A stretch of 64,000 nucleotides of DNA, taken from positions 17,488 to 81,487 of the forward strand of contig CASDOQ010000015.1 in assembly GCA_949282345.1 (NCBI GenBank), read 5' to 3'. The position numbers and the translations under genes are program-made. This document shows positions 59,401 to 64,000 of this stretch, piece after piece; within the stretch, counting starts at the first letter, position 1; the number at the start of each line of letters is the position of its first letter. A model generated the notes under the pieces. It did no database searches. It was not told where the DNA came from and saw nothing but the letters and a program-made list of their open reading frames with translations. This DNA comes from an uncultured bacterium. Lineage in GTDB: Bacteria; Bacillota; Clostridia; Oscillospirales; CAG-272.

Positions 59401-60658
59401 TTTCAACACTCCTTTCTAATAATGGATCTACGGGTACTTTGTGCGTTAGGAGATCTTGCATCAATCCTGTTTTTGTGCTTAACAACTTATGATAAATGTT
59501 TTTTTCTTCCATTATCATTTTATTAATTGCATCAATCTTTTCCCAAATCCTTTTTTGTTCGGGTGCAGACATCAAAACAATTTTCATCTTTTTTAAGTTG
59601 GACAAACTTATGGCAGGTTGTGCAGTAACGGCTTTAATTAATTCGAATTTTCCTTGCGCATAATAGTATTCTAAGAATTCATGAAGTAATTCTGGAACAT
59701 ATTGCTTATTAACGGTTATTTTAAGACTGTTGCCAGCAATAATACTTTGCGGATGGTTTTCGGGCAAAACGGCACTTCTTCCGCAGTTTGCGCCGATTTT
59801 CGCCATTACGATATCTTTTGGGTTTACACGACAACGATATTGCTCACGAAATTTTTCCATATCTACATAAACATAGTTGTTAGCAACAAAGTGTCCAGAG
59901 GTTACATAACCACTTTGAATAACTGGAATTCCCGAAGATCTGTAATGGACCAATTTTAGGTTGCTACCAAAGGGACCATCTACAATTGAGTCAGAATGTT
60001 TTGTTGACCATTCTGTCAATTCGACGCACTCCCATTCGACGGGAATCTTGCCCAAAGGGGAATCTTTATACTTATGTGTTTTTGGAGAACGAATTACGCC
60101 GTTTTCGTCTATGCCATTGACCAGAAGATCTTGTAATAAGCCTTCTTTTATTGATTGGTATTTTTCTATGATTGCTTTCGTTTTAATGATTGATGAATCA
60201 AGTGTTTGTAGAATTCGGGAAATCTTCTCTTGCTCCAATAAGTCTGTTGGACAATTTAATAACATTTCTTCAATGTCTTTTTTATTAACCGCAAGAAACG
60301 TGCTTCCTTGACTTTTTTTATGCAATTGTGGCACTTCATACGTTAAAGCATACAGAGCAAACGCTTTGCAAATTTTGAATGTGATAGAAGCTAACCCACG
60401 ACCAATACAATAATTCTTGTCGGCTACGTTAACTGCTCCAACGGGTGCTCGAACGCTAATCATAATATCATCTTTTTGTGCAATCTTTTTAGGAGAAGAA
60501 CACCAAAATTGCTCACAGGGGTGGTATTCTCCAAAATCAGCATTACCTTGTAAAAATGCTGCACCATCCTCGTTTTCGTTAACAGAACTTCCAGCAGGAG
60601 ACTGCCCCATATTTACATAGGCAATATCTTTTAGTTGATAATGATTCCAATCACCCAT
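59393..60658 (-). CDS. hsdS: Type I restriction-modification specificity subunit S (two target-recognition domains)
   Basis: [21 protein letters not shown]...ISVRAPVG...; the second half reads ...[11 protein letters not shown]...[11 protein letters not shown]... Conserved spacers LLQDLL and LMQDLL are present. The gene overlaps both hsdM and hsdR by 8 nt. Confidence 0.9.
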   Translation of the reverse strand: MGDWNHYQLKDIAYVNMGQSPAGSSVNENEDGAAFLQGNADFGEYHPCEQFWCSSPKKIAQKDDIMISVRAPVGAVNVADKNYCIGRGLASITFKICKAFALYALTYEVPQLHKKSQGSTFLAVNKKDIEEMLLNCPTDLLEQEKISRILQTLDSSIIKTKAIIEKYQSIKEGLLQDLLVNGIDENGVIRSPKTHKYKDSPLGKIPVEWECVELTEWSTKHSDSIVDGPFGSNLKLVHYRSSGIPVIQSGYVTSGHFVANNYVYVDMEKFREQYRCRVNPKDIVMAKIGANCGRSAVLPENHPQSIIAGNSLKITVNKQYVPELLHEFLEYYYAQGKFELIKAVTAQPAISLSNLKKMKIVLMSAPEQKRIWEKIDAINKMIMEEKNIYHKLLSTKTGLMQDLLTHKVPVDPLLERSVENE

Positions 60659-63221
60659 TGATATACCCCAAACCTTTCAAGAATGCATTCAGCTCTTTTT
60701 CTGCGTTAGAACGATCCATCAGCAACGAATTAAGACTTGTAAAATATTTATCGTACAGATGTTGAACTGCTTTAACTGTTTTGTTAGATTCTTCTTTCAA
60801 GTACTTATCAAACTCTTGCACAAATCCTTCGTGAAGAATTTGCATGATCAAAGCCTCGCACTGTTCTTCTGTCAGTTCAATGCGGATAGCATCGATTTTT
60901 GCTTCCAATTCCTCGGTTTTCTTCTTAAGGATCTTGTTAAGATTTGTTTTAACTTTTTTGAGCTCGGTGATTCTCTTAAGTTGCTGTTTCGCCAATTCTA
61001 CATCTTTCGCGTTCTTGGAGTTGTTTTTGATTGCATTCAGATATGCTCTTACAGTCTTTTCACTTACCTCAATTTCTTCGCCATCTTCGTCTATTTCAGT
61101 GTCCATTTCTATGCTTGCAAGATATTCATCAAACTCGTTTTGTGCATCGGCAATAGACTTTTCGAGGTCGGCAATTGCAACAAGTTCTTCGGGGAAGTGT
61201 TCAGTTGCAATTTTTTCATCGGAAACAAGCGCAGCAACAAAGCCCTCAGAACGAATCGTTTTGAAGACATTTTTAATCATGATAACTTCTTTAACAGTTA
61301 CCTTGGTTTCTGTTCCATCTGACGAAGTTTCAATTTCGGTTGACTCACGAACTGTATAGCTGTGATCCCACCAGTTAGCAAAAACACCATTGCTTTGGAA
61401 GTTGTCAAGAATGCCGACAGGAGTTAATTCTGCTTCCAAAGCGGTGGTATAGGTTTTCTTGAAATTATATATATCAAGCTTTTCATGGATGTTTCTGATA
61501 TCAACGATGGCTTTGCTCCAAAAGCTTTCAAAAGCAGCGTGCATTCTATCGTTTGCGCCGGTAACACCTTCACACGAAAGAATAGTATCCTTTATACCTT
61601 GTTTTGTGGAACAATTGCTATTAAACAAACAAAATTCATCGGTATACTCATCAAAAATAACATCCTCGGAAATGCCGTATTTCGCAATTTTACCGTTAAG
61701 CGCCGCTATTTCCGTCTTGGGCACGCCGCCTGAAATATGCGCACGCACATTGTGGGGCTCTTGTGCAGGACTATTATCTACATAACGGCGAATATTCAAG
61801 TTGCTGTCGTTTGTATCCTCGTTAAGGATATCATCAATAGAGATGAATTTTGAATATCCGGGGACTTCCAATTTGTTATCAAAGACATTTACGATTTTTT
61901 CGCTATCTTCGGGGCGAAGATAGTTCTGATTTTTGCCCTCGCCATATTCCGCATCTGCGTTAATAATCAGAATACGTCTGTCCTTTACCTTCTTCTTGTT
62001 AACAACAATCAAGCAAGTAGGGATGCTTGTCCCGTAAAACAAATCCGGAGGCAAACTGATAATTGCTTCGATGATATCATCATCAAGGATGCCGCTTCTG
62101 ATAACTTTTTCCTGACCACCACGGAACAAAACACCATGAGGCATAACGGTAATCATCATGCCGTCGGGCTTCAAACTTGCAATCATGTGCTGAACAAACA
62201 TAAGGTCTGCTTTTTTGCCTGTTTCGGGAGCCCAACCATAGCAAAAACGATTTTGACAAATCATCTTGTCGCTACGCTTGTAGTTCTGAGAGAAGGGTGG
62301 GTTCGCAATAACTCGGTCAAATTGTTTTGTGTTGCCATTTTCTACCCAATGCGGTGTTTCCAGCGTATCTCCGTTTTCGATGTTTGCATCGGGAATATCG
62401 TGCATAATCATATTCATCTTACAAATAGACCATACGCTCGCCGCATCATCCTGTCCGTAAAGTGCCAAATTGGTAGCATCTTGACCTTGCTGCTCTACAT
62501 ACTGTTTGCTCTGAATCAGCATACCGCCCGAGCCAACGGTGGGGTCGTATATTTCGTTACCTTCTTGAGGCTTAATAAGACGAACCATAAGTTGAACAAC
62601 AGACGCAGGGGTATAGAATTCGCCACCTTTTTTACCTGCGCTATCAGCAAAGTTCTTAATCATATACTCGTAAGCCGCACCAAGCAAGTCCGGGAAAACG
62701 AAATTGTCATTTGTGAGCTTGTACTTGTTGAAATGACGGATAAGATCAATAAGCTTAGCATCGCTGATGATCTGTTTGCTCTTTACCTTTTTAGCAAAAT
62801 CGATAGAGTCAAATACTCCGGTTAATTCGGCGTTGCTACGTGATATTTCCAAAAGTGCACGCTTAAGTCGGGAAGCAACCGATACCTTGAGGTGTAATAC
62901 ACCCGAGAATTCTTCTTCGGGTCTACTATTGGGAACGATAAAAGGTTCGCATTCCCAACGTGCCAGTTTAGGAACAAAGAATGTAGCTCCGTAAGATTCG
63001 GGATCTTCCAGTCTTTCGGCAATCTGTGCCTCGGTATTTCCGTCTTTGCGATATTCAGCCTCGAGTTGCTTTCTCTTTTGCATGAAGTTGTCAGACAGAC
63101 GCTTCAAGAACAACATTCCAAAAATATATTCCTTAAACTCGGAAGCATCCATTTTTCCTCTGAGTATATCAGCGGCTTTTAATAGATAGTTTTCTAATTG
63201 TGAAATTGTTATTTTGCTCAT
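60651..63221 (-). CDS. hsdM: Type I restriction-modification methyltransferase subunit M, with a C-terminal extension of about 370 aa
   Basis: The HsdM N-domain reads ...[38 protein letters not shown] is motif I and [11 protein letters not shown] is NPPF. At 856 aa it is longer than typical HsdM (about 520 aa). Confidence 0.9.
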   Translation of the reverse strand: MSKITISQLENYLLKAADILRGKMDASEFKEYIFGMLFLKRLSDNFMQKRKQLEAEYRKDGNTEAQIAERLEDPESYGATFFVPKLARWECEPFIVPNSRPEEEFSGVLHLKVSVASRLKRALLEISRSNAELTGVFDSIDFAKKVKSKQIISDAKLIDLIRHFNKYKLTNDNFVFPDLLGAAYEYMIKNFADSAGKKGGEFYTPASVVQLMVRLIKPQEGNEIYDPTVGSGGMLIQSKQYVEQQGQDATNLALYGQDDAASVWSICKMNMIMHDIPDANIENGDTLETPHWVENGNTKQFDRVIANPPFSQNYKRSDKMICQNRFCYGWAPETGKKADLMFVQHMIASLKPDGMMITVMPHGVLFRGGQEKVIRSGILDDDIIEAIISLPPDLFYGTSIPTCLIVVNKKKVKDRRILIINADAEYGEGKNQNYLRPEDSEKIVNVFDNKLEVPGYSKFISIDDILNEDTNDSNLNIRRYVDNSPAQEPHNVRAHISGGVPKTEIAALNGKIAKYGISEDVIFDEYTDEFCLFNSNCSTKQGIKDTILSCEGVTGANDRMHAAFESFWSKAIVDIRNIHEKLDIYNFKKTYTTALEAELTPVGILDNFQSNGVFANWWDHSYTVRESTEIETSSDGTETKVTVKEVIMIKNVFKTIRSEGFVAALVSDEKIATEHFPEELVAIADLEKSIADAQNEFDEYLASIEMDTEIDEDGEEIEVSEKTVRAYLNAIKNNSKNAKDVELAKQQLKRITELKKVKTNLNKILKKKTEELEAKIDAIRIELTEEQCEALIMQILHEGFVQEFDKYLKEESNKTVKAVQHLYDKYFTSLNSLLMDRSNAEKELNAFLKGLGYING

Positions 63222-63290
63222 TTTAATTACCTCGTTTTTCGTCTATATGGCAATGGACAGAGCCTATTTGCCCCTAAATTCGCATAAGTA

Positions 63291-64000
63291 TTATGCGTTA
63301 AGCAGAATGACAGAATTTGCAATTCGTTTTTCTCCACCAACAGGAGTAGTATAAAAACGCTGTTCGATTCCGAACAAAAGTTTTTTCATATCATCTTCGG
63401 TGCCTATATTAAACGAATTTTCTGAAACTTGAAGTTCGGGGCAGTAACTACCAATATAAGCAAAGATGTTTTTTCTATCATCTTCTTCGAGTTCGCTCAA
63501 TGTTTTCATTGCTAAAGCTATTCTTTTTCTGTTGGGCGTTTTGACACTTTTCGCAGAATAGCCATCCGTTAGATTTATAAAGTCATTATTCAAGAACTGG
63601 GTTGTTTCTTCTTCGGTTGCTTCTCGATAAAGTTGGTCAATTCCTTTAAATATACTTGTAATAGCTTCAAGTCGCTTAAAATACAAGATGTCGTTCGACT
63701 TGTCATAGATTGCATCGGGCAGATCATTGATAACTATTTCACTACAGTCATCTTAATATTCGTATGCTTCACCCAAGGCGAGTACACGCCTCTTAGAAAG
63801 CAACTTTGATTTAGATGTATTTTGAAATGCTATATAGTTATCAGACAACACGAAGATGAAGTCAATTCGTGAAAAATCTTTTCTATCTAACGTTTGGAAA
63901 TCGACAGCTGTATCGGTTGACGATAGAAGATCAATAGCATACTCTGTTTCCGATGCCTTCTCAATACAAAACCATTCACCTTCTTCAAGAAGCGTACCCG
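63291..64000 (-). pseudogene. Unknown gene upstream of hsdM, interrupted by an in-frame TAA (63753-63755); 5' end outside the window
   Basis: One minus-strand frame reads ...GTLLEEGEWFCIEKASETEY...SKRRVLALGEAYEY*DDCSEIVINDLPDAIYDKSNDILYFKRLEAITS... and continues into track ORF 63291..63686. The 131-aa ORF only has a TTG start. Confidence 0.6.

Larger units (their letters stand above)
45950..64000. mobile_element. AT-rich genomic (defence/accessory) island; left junction inside cotJC, right end beyond the window
   Basis: Composition and codon usage change abruptly at about 45,950. The gene content is foreign: an R-M system, TIR, helicase and an XRE regulator. No integrase or recombinase lies within the window. 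Confidence 0.65.

Overview
This 64-kb window is a chromosomal segment from a high-GC, endospore-forming Firmicute with Clostridia-like gene content. Taxonomy is inferred from gene content only.

Positions 1 to about 45.9 kb are core genome.
- Sporulation genes: gpr, spoIVA, a yaaH/sleL-like gene, ricT/yaaT and cotJA-cotJB-cotJC.
- Housekeeping genes: metG-tatD, holB, rsmI, rsmG, eno, pgk-tpiA, typA, hom, cysE, galT and ldhA.
- RNA genes: three tRNAs (His-GTG, Arg-TCT, Lys-TTT) and RNase P RNA, which the ORF track masks.
- A 58-aa 2x[4Fe-4S] ferredoxin is absent from the ORF track.
- Many host transcription units carry near-perfect TTGACA-N17-TATAAT promoters and clean hairpin terminators. I used these to fix gene starts and RNA ends.

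At about 45,950, inside the 3' end of cotJC, the composition drops abruptly. Hand counts of single 60-nt lines gave 33/60 and 34/60 G+C in the core, against 21/60 and 24/60 in the island. An AT-rich island runs from there to the window end (at least 18 kb). No integrase is visible in the window.
- 46.0-50.6 kb (intermediate GC): an XRE regulator, an unknown 324-aa protein behind a long terminator-containing leader, two tiny low-complexity ORFs, a Mn-catalase paralog, and a YhfW-like FAD/Rieske oxidoreductase flanked by two copies of a 45-bp palindromic element.
- 50.6-64 kb (lowest GC): one minus-strand defence cluster. It comprises a stop-interrupted gene, a tightly coupled type I R-M operon (hsdM-hsdS-hsdR), a DUF45/M48-like peptidase, a SEFIR/TIR-domain protein, a DUF4365-like nuclease-fold protein and an SF1B helicase.

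The TIR + nuclease-fold + helicase trio is my best candidate for a previously undescribed system. Its last two ORFs overlap by 136 nt in different frames. All functional calls rest on motif recognition by eye; no database search was run.
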